64,000 bases of DNA from the human T2T-CHM13v2.0 reference genome, Homo sapiens (GCF_009914755.1 NC_060928.1), one strand, 5' to 3'. Positions 30,712 through 46,451 are shown, counted from the first letter of the stretch. The notes: a model not told the origin generated them from the letters alone. Numbers and translations are program-made.

Positions 30712-31319
30712 CTAAACATAATTACACAACCTCTTGTTATCAGACAGGCTATGCTGAGTGACATGTGACCCTCTAAATTTCTTAAACCTTGAATCAGAAT
30801 GTGGGTTACTCTGCATGGAGTTGCCCTCACGCTGCTCAGGAGTAAATCTGCCTGGAGTTCCGCCCATCAGACACTTAGGAAATCGGCCTTGGGGGCCATG
30901 CAGAGCGAAGTCAAACCCAAGCCCCAGGGGACAAATCTCAGTGCTGCACCCCACACAAGCCGGCAGGATGCAAATTCAGTGTCAGCCCTTCCAGGGGAGC
31001 ACCTGGCCTCAAAGTCACACACAAGCACCTTCCATACACGGCCACTGCCAGGTCATCCCACGGCACAGCCTCTGCTGTCAGGCTGGAGCCCCGCCCTGTG
31101 TGTGGGAGCTGCCAGACCCCAAGAGAGTGACTAGAGTCTAGGATCCCACTGTCCAGTCTGTAATCATGGCTTATGCCCATCCTCCAGGTTTGCTGGGAGG
31201 ATTAGGAGACAACATACACAAAATATAACAAAATCTGAGCCCAGGCTGGCTCCTGCAAGAAGCCTCCAGGCAGGGTTTTGGGTGGCTGTCAAGGAGTATG
31301 ATGGGGCTGTGGTGGCCTA

Positions 31320-32426
31320 GGAGGGGTAGGGGAAAGAGGATGGCATGAGGGTGGCAGGACAGGGGTGGGGGTGAGGAAGGGGTGGGGTGAGAGAGGAGGG
31401 GGTGGGGTGACAGAAGAGGGGTGGGGTGACAGAGGATGGGGTGGGGGTGGAAGGACAGGGGTGGGGGTGAGAGGATGGGGTTGGGGAGAGAGGATGGGGT
31501 AGGGGTGAGAGGATGGCATAGGGGTGGAAGGACAGGGGTGGGGTGAGAGGATGGGGTGGAGGAGAGAGAATGGGGTGGGGGAGAGAGGATGGGGTTGGGG
31601 AGAGAGGATGGCATGGGGGTGGAAGGACAGGGGTAGGGATGAGGGGATGGGGTGGGGTGAGAGCATGGGGTGGGGGCAAGAGGATGGGGTGGGGAAGAGA
31701 GGATGGGGTCGGGGAGAGAGGATGGCATAGGGGTGGAAGGACAGGGTGGGGGTGAGAAGATGGGGTGGGGGAGAGAGGATGGCATGGGGGAGAGGATGGG
31801 ATGGCGGTGAGAGGATGGCATGGAGGTGGCAGGACAGGAGTGGGGGTGAGAGGACGGGGTGGAGGTGAGAGGACGGGGTGGGGGAGAGAGGACGGGGTGG
31901 GGGAGAGAGGACAGGGTTGGGGAGAGAGGATGGGGTGGGGGTGAGAGGATGGGTGGGGGAGAGGATGGCATTGGGGGTGGCAGGACAGAAGTGGGGGTGA
32001 GAGGATGGGGTAGGGGAGAGAGGACGGGGTGGGGGAGAGAGGATGGGGTGGGGGTGAGAGGATGGGTGGGGGAGAGAGAACAGGGTGGGGGAGAGACAAT
32101 GGCATTGGGGGTGGCAGGACAGAAGTGGGGGTGAGAGGATGGGGTGGGGGTGAGAGGATGGGGTGGGGGTGACAGGATAGGTGGGGGCACCAGGATGGGG
32201 TGACAGTGATAGGATGGGGTGGGGTGACAAGGTGGGTGGGGGTGACAGGATGGGGTGAGGGTGAGAGAACCAAGGTTGGGGGGTGACAGGATGAGGTGGG
32301 GGGGTGACAGGACAGGGGAGAGGCTGACAGGACAGGGTGGGTGTGACAGGAGCAGGGAGTGGGTAATAGGATGGGGTAAAGGGGTGACAGAATGGGGTTG
32401 AGAGGTGACAGAATGTGGTGGGGGTA
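31320..32426. repeat. G-rich low-complexity minisatellite (gaggatggggtgggggaga and ggggtgacagga variants)
   Basis: Directly visible; it resumes at 34748-35010. Confidence 0.95.
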
Positions 32427-34747
32427 TGATATGGTTTGGCTGTGTCCCCACCCAAGTCTCATCTCAAATTGTAATCCCATGTGTCAAGGGGAAGAATCTG
32501 GGGGAGGTGATTGGATCATGGGGGTGCTTTCCCCCATGCTGTTCTCATGACAGTGAGTTCTCACGAGATCTGATGGTTTAAAAGTGTTTGGCAGTTCCCC
32601 TCCACCCCCTCTCCTGCCGCTATGTAAGATGTGCCTTGCTCCCCCTTTGCCTTCTGCCATGATTGTAAGTTTCCTGAGGCCTTCCCAGCCATGCAGAACT
32701 GTGAGTCAATTAAACCCCTTTCCTTTATAAATCACCCAGTCTCAGGTAGTTCTTTATAGGAGTGTGATAATGGATTAATAAAGAAAATTGGTACCAGTAG
32801 AGTGGGGCACTGCTATAAATGTAACTAAAAATGTGGAAGCAACTTTGGAACTGGGTAATGGGCAGAAGTTGGAACAATTTGGAGGGCTCAGAAAAAGACA
32901 GAAAGGTGTGAGAAAGTTTGGAACTTCCTAGAGAGTTGTTGAATGGTTTTGACCAAAATGCTGATAGTGATATGGATGGTGAAGTTCAGGCTGAGGAGGT
33001 CTCAGATGGAGATAAGGAATTTATTGGGACTGGAGCAAAGGTCACTCTTGCTGTGCTTTAGCAAAGAGACTGGAGGCATTTTGCTCCTGCCCTCAATGTC
33101 TGTGGAACTTTGAACTTGAAAAAGATGATTTAGGGCATCTGGCAGAAGAAATTTCTAAGCAGCAAAGCGTTCAAGATGTGACCTGGCTTTTTCTGAAGCA
33201 TACAGTCACATACGTGTTCACAAAGAGATGATCTAAAATTGGAACTTATGTTTAAAAGGGAAGCAGAACATAAAAGTCTGAACAAAATTGCAGCGCGACC
33301 ATGCAGTAGAAAAGAAAAACCCATTTTCTGAGGGGAAATTCAAGCTGGCTGCAGAAATGTGCATAAGTAACCAGGAGCCAGGACGGTGGAGAAAATGTCT
33401 CCAGGGCATGTGAGAGATCTTCACAGCAGCCCCTCCCATCATAGGCCCAGAGAAAAAAAGTAGTTTTATGGGCCGGGCCAAGGCCCCCTGCCCAACTCTC
33501 GTGCAGCCTCAGGACATGGTGCCCTGCATCCTGGCTGCTCTGGCTCCAGCCATGACTAAAAGGGTCCAAGGTACAATTTGGGCTGCTGCTTCAGAGGGAG
33601 CAAACCCCAAGCATTGGCGGCTTCCACATGGTATTGGGCCTGCATGTGTGCAGAGGACAAGAGCTGAGATTTGGGAACCTCCACCTAGATTTCAGAAGAT
33701 GTATGGAAATGCCTGGATGTCCAGGCAGAAGTCTGCTGCAGAGGCAGAGCCCTCATGGAGAACCTCTGCTAGGGCAGTGCAGAAGGGAAATGTGCGGTGG
33801 TTGTTCCCACACAGCGTCCCAACTGGGGTGCTGCCTAGAGAAGCCATGAGAAGAGGGCCACTGTCCTCCAGATGCCAGAATGGTAGACCCATCAACAGCT
33901 TGCACTGTGCACCTAGAAAAGCTGCAGGCACTCAACCCCAGCCCAGAAAGCAGCCACTGGGGCTGTACCCTACAGAGCCACAGGAGTGGAGTTGCCCAAG
34001 GCCTTGGGAGCCCCCCTACCCTTAAATCAGCATGTCCTGGATGTGAGACATTGGGTAAAAGGATAAATTTAAGATTTAATGGCTGCCCTGCTGGGTTTTG
34101 GACTTGCATGGGGCCTGCAGCCCCTTTGTTTTGGTCAATTTCTCCCATTTGGAATGGGAACATTTACCCAATGCCTGTACTCCCATAGTATCTTGGAAGT
34201 CATTAACTTGTTTTTGATTCTACAGGCTCATAGGTGGAAGGAACTTGCCTTGTCTCTGATGAGATTTTGGGCTTGGACTTCTGAGTTTATGCGGGAATGA
34301 GTTAAAACTTTGGGGGACTGCTGGGAAGGTATGATTGTGTTTTGAAATGTTAGAAGGATATGAGATTTGGGAGGGGCCAGGGGTGGAATGATGTGGTTTG
34401 GCTCTGTGTCCCCACCCAAATCTCATTTTGAATTGCAGTCCCCATGTGTCAAGGGAGGGATCCGGTGGGAAGTGATTGGATCATGGGGGCAGTTTCCCCC
34501 GTGCTGTTCTCGTGATAGTAAGTTCTCATGAAATCTGATGGTTTAAGAGTGTTTGGCAGTTCCCCCTGCCCTCTCTCCTGCTGTTAATGTAAGACGTGCC
34601 TTGCTTCCCCTTTGCCTTCTGCCGTGACTGTAAGTTTCCTGAGGCCTTCCCAGTCATGCGGAACTGTGAGTCCATTCAACCTCTTTCCTTTATAAATTAC
34701 CGAATCTCAGGTTATTCTTTATAGCAGTATGAAGACAGACTGATACA
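32427..34747 (+). mobile_element. Full-length MaLR provirus (THE1D/MSTA-like): LTR about 32427-32782, internal region, LTR about 34389-34747
   Basis: Two homologous tga...aca LTRs flank a THE1-int-type region (EPPPRFQKMYGNAWMSRQK). Flanks are gggta and gggtg. Confidence 0.92.
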
Positions 34748-35010
34748 GGGTGACAGGACAGTGTAGGGGTGAGGGGTGACAGGATGGGATGAGGGGTGAC
34801 GGGATGGGATGGGGTGACAGGACAGGGTGGTGGTAGCAAGATGGCCTGAGTGGTGACAGGATGGGGTAAGGGTGACAGGATGGGGTTGGGGTGACAGGAC
34901 AGGGATGGGGTACCAAGATAAGGTGACAGGATGGGGTGAGGGGAGAGATGGGGGTGACAGGACAGGGCAAGGTGACAAGACAGGGTGGGGGTGACAGGAT
35001 GGAAGGGGAG
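34748..35010. repeat. Continuation of the ggggtgacagga G-rich repeat
   Basis: Same unit as 32165-32420. Confidence 0.9.
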
Positions 35011-35555
35011 TGACTGGCTGGCAAGCAGGGCCAAGGGTGATCTGTCCGCTCCAGGTTTGGGTGTACACAGAATGTTCATGGACAGACAGGAGGCAGCAGG
35101 GTCACAAGCTGGCTTCCAGACTCGGGGAAGCGGCCCCAGGTTCCCTTGTCTTTAAAGCTGGGTTCCTGACTTTACCGACTACATAACCTTCAAAGTTTTT
35201 TAAAAAGGACTTGTTTTTCAAAATGGGATGGTTGAGCAGAGAAGCCTTCAAGCTGCCTTCCAAACTCCCAAGGCCCCAGTGTTGCCCCAGGTGGCTGAGG
35301 GGATAAGTGTGGCCAGGCAGGGAGGCCCATGCGGTGCTGCACCCAAGGGGCTACTTGGTAACTACAGACAAGGGTTGGGCAAATAGGCTGCTCAGAAGGA
35401 GACAGTGACAACGTCCCCATAGCTGGAAACACACAGAGAAACAGATATTGCATCTAGCAGCCATCCCCTTTGAGAGCAAGGTGTTAATTAACAAGTCTGA
35501 CATTTAAATCTAAAGGTCAAAAAAATTCAAGTGGCAATGAATCAATTCCACTTAC

Positions 35556-35612
35556 CTTTTCTCTATAGAAGGCTAACAATCTCTTCCTGTGTTTTTCTTG
35601 AAATTCTAAAAT
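35556..35612 (-). CDS. RNF212: RNF212 exon 4 (ILEFQEKHRKRLLAFYREK)
   Basis: tttcag|ATT...AAG|gtaag, 57 nt. Confidence 0.96.
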
Positions 35613-37904
35613 CTGAAAAGATCATAGGTTTCAGCTGCTGACACAGATCCACGGTCTCTGTGGCTGGAGTTTTGTTGGGGGAGGAGGAGGCTGGAGGGAC
35701 TCTCAGGACAGCTCACAGTGCTTGTCTTACGTGTGTCCTGCCCCCACAGACGCCCATGGCCAGTGCTTGCACAGGCAGGGCCAAGGGCAAACACAGGGGA
35801 GGCTTAATGGGCATGATAGGAAAGTCTCCCCAGCAACCTGCTCCATTCAAGTTGCGAGTGGTGCTCTACTGCTGGGCCAATCACAGGGTGCTGTCCCTCT
35901 GATAATGGCTACTGGTTTGAGGAATGGCCTCCTGACCAAACAGGTGTGGACCAATGGCTGGGGCAAGTGGAAAGAGAGCCGGCACACAGAATGAGGCTAA
36001 GCGAGACCCACAGAGCTGGCAGAGGCCTGGTGGGCCTGTCTGCACTCCCAGGGCCAGCCATGCCTGACACCAGCACCCTCCCATTTACAGGAGCCCCGGG
36101 TTCCATGCATGCTGTCTAGACAGCTTGAACTGGGTTTCTGAGAGTACCAACATAAGGAGGAAAGAGAGTCCTGTGATTTCCTCAGAGGAAGAAAAGAGCT
36201 ATTTCGTATGAGTTGAGTGTTCAGACAATGGTGCCTACCCTCTGGAAAGACCAGGCTGGAAGGGCCGACAGACAACAGGGCTAACTGTGGCTCCACTGGT
36301 ACTGAAAGTCGGCGTCCTCTAGCTCCATCCCCCACTTCACTCCACCTTGCCATCTGCGATGATAACACAAGCAGGAGGGAGCGGCCTTGTCTGCCCATGG
36401 CTCACTGGCCCGGTGCAAACACAGGGCAGGCTTCTTCCCTCCTGTGGAAAGACAGGCCCAGCACATGCCAGGCCTTTGTTCCCAACCTCCTCCATGAGAG
36501 GCCATCTCCAGAGGATGGGGCTGCACAGGGGCCCTCCTCCAGGACAGCAGGGATGACAGCCTCGCGGTTTCCTGGCTGCTGCGTCCTCGGAGTGACTTGG
36601 AGCTCTAGGGTTCTCCCCTACTCGACAAGGGGACTATGTCTCCACCAAGGAGGGAAGACAGTCCTGGGTGCCACCCCGTGGGCTATGAAGAGGAGTGGAC
36701 AGAAGGACTCCGCAGGTTGCCCTGACCCCAGCTCTTGTGCACATTGCAGGCCATGGCCAGGGCACCTTTCCCACCTTTGCCGACGCTTCTCAAGTCCTGC
36801 TGCCTGTCGGGGACACCTGCACACGCCCCTCAAAGCCACACTCAATTGTGCCTGTGTGGGAAGCTTCTCCAAAGCACCCTCAGCAGGAACATTCCACCCT
36901 GCAGGCAAGCGCCTCTGCTTCTCAGCTTCACATGTTCGTGGAGGAACCTACCAGCAGACGCGCCTCATCCCGGCTGTGGGGGTGCCTGGTCTGGCTGTTC
37001 TTAGAGAAAGGCCTTGGGGAGACGAGGTCAGTCTGTGGCTGATCCTGATTTGGCAGGGCAGGTGTTGCTGCAGCAAGGACTGGGCTGCAGGGAAAGTCTC
37101 CAAGGGGACCTGAGCAGCAGATGGGGTGAGTTCTACTGAGGGTGGAGCTGGGGAGCCTCACATGAGCTTGGGGGGCAGCCAAGACCCACTTGTCTGGGTG
37201 TTGCAGGGTCTACACCAGCCTCCAGGACTCCAGTAGGGGGAGCCACACAGGCCTGCAGCCTCATGCCGCCTCCGTGGTTTGTCTGGCCTGGCTCTGACCA
37301 ATGTTGGGGCCCAGAGACTTGAGACACTGGGTGTGGCCTCAGAAGAGGGTAGATTTTAATAATAAAACAAAGTTTAAAAGGGACAGTGAGTGTTTATCTT
37401 GCAGAGAATATGCCTCTTGAACTGAGCCAGAGAAACAGGTCAATGAAATCATTGCAAAACTCCAGGGCTGCGATGGTCACAGAGGCTGCGCTGGGCCAGG
37501 TCAGCCCAGGGCCCCAAGGAAGAGCTGCCCGGTGCTCACGCGTGCTTTGCCCGCATCCTGCGAACTGGGAGGCCGCGAAGGCCTGAGAGTCAAGGCAGTC
37601 GGGGGAGAATGCAGGTCACTCACGCGGACTCTCGCCAAGAGGCCAGGAGAGGCGGCTGCCTGGTCCGGAGCACACTTCTCACTCTTCGGTTCAATACCAG
37701 TTCTCCTCCATGGAGTGGCCTGTGCCTGCATTCGTCCACATGAGCTCCCGACTACGCCAGGACGGTGGATGGAACGGATCTTAGAGGATTACTGGGAAGA
37801 GGAAGACGTTTAATTGTTACCAACTAGACTAGGAAGGTGGACCAGGGCAGGCAGTGGCTGAGGTGGTTTGTTGACGCTGTCCCAGGGCAGGTCCTGAGGC
37901 CTGA

Positions 37905-38205
37905 GCCTTGGTGCTCAGAGTTTTGGTCTTGGGCCAGTTTTGCACTCTTAAAAGTTACTGAGGGCCCCAGAGAGCTTTGCTTATGTGGGTTTTATCTGTT
38001 GGTATTTACCCTATTAGAAATTAAGACTGAGACAAATCTAAAAGTATTTATTAATTCATTTAAAAATAACAATAAATCCATGATGTGTTAACATATTGTA
38101 ACAAATATTCCAATATTTATGTTACGTTGATATTAGAGCATAAATGTTACAATACCACCTCACGTCACACAGCTGCGGGAAAACTCCACCCTGCGTTTGT
38201 GACGC
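37905..38205. mobile_element. hAT-Charlie (MER64/Charlie1-like) DNA transposon remnant
   Basis: cactcttaaaagttactgagggccccagagagctttgcttatgtggg and ggaaaactccac match recalled Charlie consensus segments. Confidence 0.55.
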
Positions 38206-38761
38206 TCACCTCCACAGTGTAACTGACAAACAGTGGGGCCACGAGGTCACTGGGCAGAGCCTGTGCTGCCCAGGCTGGAGCCAGCCATCTCCACGGTCCA
38301 TGCCGGAAGCCTGAGAGGCACGAGAGGCAGAGCAGACAGGTGGCTGGAGGGGCTGGCCGAGTCTGCTGGGTCTTCTCTCCTGAGACAGCACCTGGCCTCT
38401 GCAGCACTTGGCAAAACCACCCTGGAGCGCACGGCCTGTGGCTCTGATGTCTGTGATAACAGACATGTTTTATGAACTCAAGCAACTTCTGGCCCCAAGG
38501 GGACTTGGTGTGAATGAGGGTCCTGCTGGGATGGAGCAGGGTGAGGGGGTGAGGTGCGTCCTGGATGGTGTTTCCCTGGGCCTCTGGCTGGCTCTGGGAC
38601 CGCCGGCATCCTGGTCTGGGTGCCCGTGTTGTGCTGACCCAGTGTTCTTGGGGATCTCTGGCTGCTGCTTGGCTTCCATGGGTCGAGCCTCTGGGCACCT
38701 CCTTGGAGGATGTGGCTGGGCATAACTTGAGACGGCAACAGCCTCGGGAAAGCCTGAGATA
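38165..38761 (-). CDS. RNF212: RNF212 alternative terminal exon after exon 3 (YLRLSRGCC...WSFPAAV*, 280-aa isoform)
   Basis: Phase-0 acceptor cccacag|TAT, 198 open codons, and AATAAA at 38047-38052. 82+198 = 280 aa, as recalled for one isoform. Confidence 0.75.
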   Translation of the reverse strand, partial: YLRLSRGCCRLKLCPATSSKEVPRGSTHGSQAAARDPQEHWVSTTRAPRPGCRRSQSQPEAQGNTIQDAPHPLTLLHPSRTLIHTKSPWGQKLLEFIKHVCYHRHQSHRPCAPGWFCQVLQRPGAVSGEKTQQTRPAPPATCLLCLSCLSGFRHGPWRWLAPAWAAQALPSDLVAPLFVSYTVEVSVTNAGWSFPAAV

Positions 38762-39279
38762 CTGTGGGTGATTCAGGCTGTTTCAGAAGCAAGGAAGCTC
38801 CCAGAGGAGGACAGTCTTGGGGACCTGGCTGACCACAGCCTGAAGGCACAAGCCCATGAGGGAGAGTGCCATGCAGGGGTCCATCCTCAGTCTCCTGCCT
38901 CAGATCCTGGCTGCCCCCACTAGGCCTCTTTCCCCACAAGGCAGGTGGGGTGGCCAACGGTGGGAGCTGCACTCTTCACGGAAGAGGGAAAGGAAGTGCA
39001 GGGCGGGGGCCAGGGGAAGGACCCCTTCCTCTCCTGGCAGCTTTCCCCCAGACTGGTGGACTGCAGCTGTCCGGTGACATCCAAGGAGGCCAGAAGTGCC
39101 ACTCAGCATGTGGGGGTGGGCACAGAGGACAATGACCTGCGTCAGAAGCTGGGGGTGGGGGAGGCTTGGAGTGGAGGCGCGTGCTGACTGGGAGGAGGGT
39201 CAGGAAGAAACAGGTAGAGAATGGACAAGCCGCAACTGAGAGGACTGGCACAGCAGCTGGTAAAAGCTGCCAGGGGAGG

Positions 39280-39402
39280 GGACCATGGAGCCAACACTGC
39301 CACAGCAGGGGCTCAGCTGCCAGGATGGGGGCCCATGGGGCCAACACTTCCACAGCAGGGGCTCAGCTGCCAGAAGGGGGGCCCACGGAGCCAGCATTGC
39401 CA
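39280..39402. repeat. About 50-bp tandem duplication, about 2.5 copies
   Basis: ccatgg.gccaacact.ccacagcaggggctcagctgccag is repeated. Confidence 0.8.
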
Positions 39403-39797
39403 TGCAGGGCTCAGCGGGGATTGGAGGCCTGGGAGGCAGAAGGCCCTGGGTGACTGTCAGGGAAGGACAGTGTCAAGAAGCAACCTGCTGCCCTGAACCC
39501 AGAGAACCCTGATCTGGTGGGGAGGGCTCCCAAACCTGAGATTCTAACGTGTGAATATGGGGAGGGGGCATCTTGCGCAAAGGACCCCAGAACTGACTGA
39601 GACCACTTTGTCTCAATGTGACACCAAAAGCAAAAACAATAAAACAGACCAAATGAACATTGTCAAAATCAGAACCTTTTGTATGTAAATGTTTCACCAT
39701 TAAGAAAGTAAAAATTCAACCCACAGAAATATTTTGGCAGAAAATATTTGCTGATCAAATATCTTCAAAGGAACTTGCCTCCAGAACACAGAAAACA

Positions 39798-41510
39798 CAT
39801 GGTCTCAGGATAGCGCACCTGGCTCATCACGGAACCAAGCACACTCCCCACAGCTCCATGGTCTCAGGATAGCGCACCTGGCTCATCACAGAACCAAGCA
39901 CGCCCCCCACAGCTCCATGGTCTCGGGATAGCGCACCTGGCTCATCACAGAACCAAGCACACTCCCCACAGCTCCATGGTCTCGGGATAGCGCACCTGGC
40001 TCATCACGGAACCAAGCACACCCCCCACAGCTCCATGGTCTCGGGATAGCGCACCTGGCTCATCACAGAACCAAGCACACCTCCCACAGCTCCATGGTCT
40101 CAGCATAGCGCACCTGGCTCATCACGGAACCAAGCACACCCCCCACAGCTCCACGGTCTCGGGATAGCGCACCTGGCTCATCACGGAACCAAGCACACCC
40201 CCCACAGCTCCACGGTCTCAGGATAGTGCACCTGGCTCATCACAGAACCAAGCACAACTCCCACAGCTCCATGGTCTCGGGATAGTGCACCTGGCTCATC
40301 ACAGAACCAAGCACACCTCCCACAGCTCCATGGTCTCAGCATAGCGCACCTGGCTCATCACAGAACCAAGCACACCCCCCACAGCTCCATGGTCTCGGGA
40401 TAGCGCACCTGGCTCATCACAGAACCAAGCACAACTCCCACAGCTCCATGGTCTCGGGATAGTGCACCTGGCTCATCACAGAACCAAGCACACCTCCCAC
40501 AGCTCCATGGTCTCAGCATAGCGCACCTGGCTCATCACGGAACCAAGCACACCCCCCACAGCTCCATGGTCTCGGGATAGCGCACCTGGCTCATCACAGA
40601 ACCAACCACACCCCCCACAGCTCCATGGTCTCAGCATAGCGCACCTGGCTCATCACAGAACCAAGCACACCTCCCACAGCTCCATGGTCTCGGGATAGTG
40701 CACCTGGCTCATCACAGAACCAAGCACAACTCCCACAGCTCCATGGTCTCGGGATAGCGCACCTGGCTCATCACGGAACCAAGCACACCCCCCACAGCTC
40801 CATGGTCTCGGGATAGCGCACCTGGCTCATCACGGAACCAAGCACACCCCCCACAGCTCCATGGTCTCGGGATAGCGCACCTGGCTCATCACGGAACCAA
40901 GCACACCCCCCACAGCTCCATGGTCTCGGGATAGCGCACCTGGCTCATCACGGAACCAAGCACACCCCCCACAGCTCCATGGTCTCGGGATAGCGCACCT
41001 GGCTCATCACGGAACCAAGCACACCCCCCACAGCTCCACGGTCTCGGGATAGCGCACCTGGCTCATCACGGAACCAAGCACACCCCCCACAGCTCCACGG
41101 TCTCGGGATAGCGCACCTGGCTCATCACGGAACCAACCACACCCCCCACAGCTCCACGGTCTCGGGATAGCGCACCTGGCTCATCACGGAACCAAGCACA
41201 CCCCCCACAGCTCCACGGTCTCGGGATAGCGCACCTGGCTCATCACGGAACCAAGCACACCCCCCACAGCTCCACGGTCTCAGGATAGTGCACCTGGCTC
41301 ATCACAGAACCAAGCACAACTCCCACAGCTCCATGGTCTCGGGATAGTGCACCTGGCTCATCACAGAACCAAGCACACCCCTCACAGCTCCATGGTCTCG
41401 GGATAGTGCACCTGGCTCATCACAGAACCAAGCACACCCCTCATAGCTCCATGGTCTCGGGATAGTGCACCTGGCTCATCACGGAACCAAGCCACACCCC
41501 TCACAGCTCA
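39798..41510. repeat. 59-bp VNTR, about 29 copies, abutting the exon 3 donor
   Basis: Unit catggtctcgggatagcgcacctggctcatcacggaaccaagcacaccccccacagctc. Confidence 0.98.
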
Positions 41511-41511
41511 C

Positions 41512-41586
41512 CTGGGAGGTTTCCCTGGAGTACTTCTTACACAGACTGTCTATGCTCATGAAGAATGCCTGGATATCTGCGTCAGT
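41512..41586 (-). CDS. RNF212: RNF212 exon 3 (TDADIQAFFMSIDSLCKKYSRETSQ)
   Basis: tttcag|ACT...CAG|gtgag, 75 nt. Confidence 0.96.
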
Positions 41587-42068
41587 CTGAAAGAGAAAGA
41601 AATGACTCTACATTTATTGTGTCTAATAAACGCTTCTGGCCCCCAGTTAAAAACTGTACTTGAAGACCTAGAATTAGCTATAGATGACTCAAGTGGCCAG
41701 CACATTGTGAATGGCCTCTCAGGGGCCCTGCCAGGGACAGCCTCGATCAACAGGACAGCCCCTCGTCCTGGCCACTTCCCTCTGAGGGCTGTGCCGGACA
41801 GTGGTGAGGGCCAGGAGGCAGAGCAGCCTGCCTGGCAAGGACACGCTCCCTCCTCAAAAGGGTCTTAGTGAGGGCAGAAGGTCACCATGAATGAAGGCCT
41901 CCAGCCCAGCCTCCTCCTTTAGTATGGAGACATACTAAAATCAGAAGGATGATCTAGGCTGACAAGCATTAAGTCACCACTATGTAGTCACAAGTACATG
42001 TCGAGTTATTTAAAAAGCAAGTGTAAGGACCTTAAGAAAGGACACAGGTTTAAGAAACAGCGTCTCGT

Positions 42069-42937
<869 letters not shown>

Positions 42938-44384
42938 TCAAGACAGTCATCTAAGCCCATCCACCTACCTACCAGTGTCTCCCCAAATCCCACTGAAATG
43001 ATAGTAAAATTTAGGAAAAAAATACTCTATTTGTGGTAGAAAACAGGAAATGATATCTTGAATTGACCAGACTGAAGAATTCTAGAAGACAGAGTATAGA
43101 CTGGCTTGGATCAGGATTAAGGCACCAGCTCCAAAGCCTGGGGCAGGTGCAGATGAAGAGGTCCTGGAATCCACTCCAGAATCCACTCCCAGGCTCCCAG
43201 AGGCAGAGGCCAAGCAGAGCATCCTGGAGGTGAGCTCCTCTGTAACAGGGGGACTGAGACCCAACAGAGGGGAGACCTGGCTCTGGCTCGGATGGGGTAG
43301 GAGCTCCCGTGTAACACCCTCCTATACACACCAAACTGCAAAGGCACAAGCAGTATGTCCAACGCCACAGGCATCAGGAGCTCAGAGTCTGGCCTAAATC
43401 CAGCTCTGCACACCCTTGACCTGCAACCCTGGTTCTCCACCTAACTCCACCATGCCTCGGTCTCCCTACGTATAAAACAGAAGCAGAAACAGCACCCCCT
43501 CAGCCCCGGCCATGGCAAGTAGCAGGTGACACAATACAGAAAAAGTGCCCCCAGCAGAGCGTGGCCCATGTGAGTGCGCAGGGAGCGGGAACTGTCACTG
43601 TTATCTAAGGTATATTATAAATACACAGATGCCTCAGAGACAAGACCAAGAGCTCCATGGACCAGAAATGGGAGCAACTGAAGAAGCTGTCACAGATCGA
43701 TCTGGTTCCATGGCCTTCTGGGTGAGGGGGACTGAGTCATTCTACACATGACAGACACCCCAGGATGTCCAGAAGATGAGCCTAGAGCCAGAACAGCCAA
43801 GAAGTCTACAAAACTAACAAATGGCATCACAGCACAGATGCACAGACCTCAGTGAGGCCTGAGCGGGAGAACACAGGCAGCCATTCCTCCACCCCGGCAC
43901 TCACATTGCAGAGGGCCGGCGATAAGCCAGGTGCCGGAATTTTCAAAGTGCTAAGATGCATTCACTTTCAACAAAGAACTCTGAAGTCTGTGAAAATGTG
44001 CTTCAAGAAAAAGACATTTTTTTAAAAACAAAAACTGAAAACACTAACAGCCCAGCACGAAAATAAATAATAAAGGAATTCCCTGTAGGTAAGAAAAATA
44101 ATTCCTGATAGAAGCACAGAGATTCGGGAGGCAGCGAGGAGCAGGGAAGAGGGGGAAATGGGGGAAAATCTAAGTGAGTATTAGCTGTCCATGGCAGCAC
44201 TGTATGGTGGGGCCTCGTGCAGTGAGAGCCAGTGTGGCTCCAGGAGCGGGGCGGGGAAGGCCAGGAGAAGGGGGATCGGTGAGAGCTGAGGCCCTCGCAT
44301 CATCAAGAAAACTGAATTTTTGTTAGACTTTTAAAAGTCAAGATTGCTCGCACAATCCCCAGGAAAATCACAAACGAATGTTTT

Positions 44385-46451
<2,067 letters not shown>

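Noticed and set aside
31320-32426. PRDM9 13-mer (CCNCCNTNNCCNC) in the G-rich repeat
   Set aside because: Only near-matches were found by eye; a PWM scan would be needed.
31171-32480. Three 387-426 aa Pro/His-rich ORFs
   Set aside because: All frames are open because the C-rich strand of the low-complexity repeat lacks stops.
33468-34025. 185-aa ORF
   Set aside because: Residual MaLR internal ORF, common to THE1/MST copies.
36217-37113. 298-aa plus-strand ORF
   Set aside because: No recognisable domain, non-ATG start, and the composition of GC-rich intronic DNA.
39798-41510. Regular repeat arrays as CRISPR-like loci
   Set aside because: No unique spacers; these are plain eukaryotic minisatellites.
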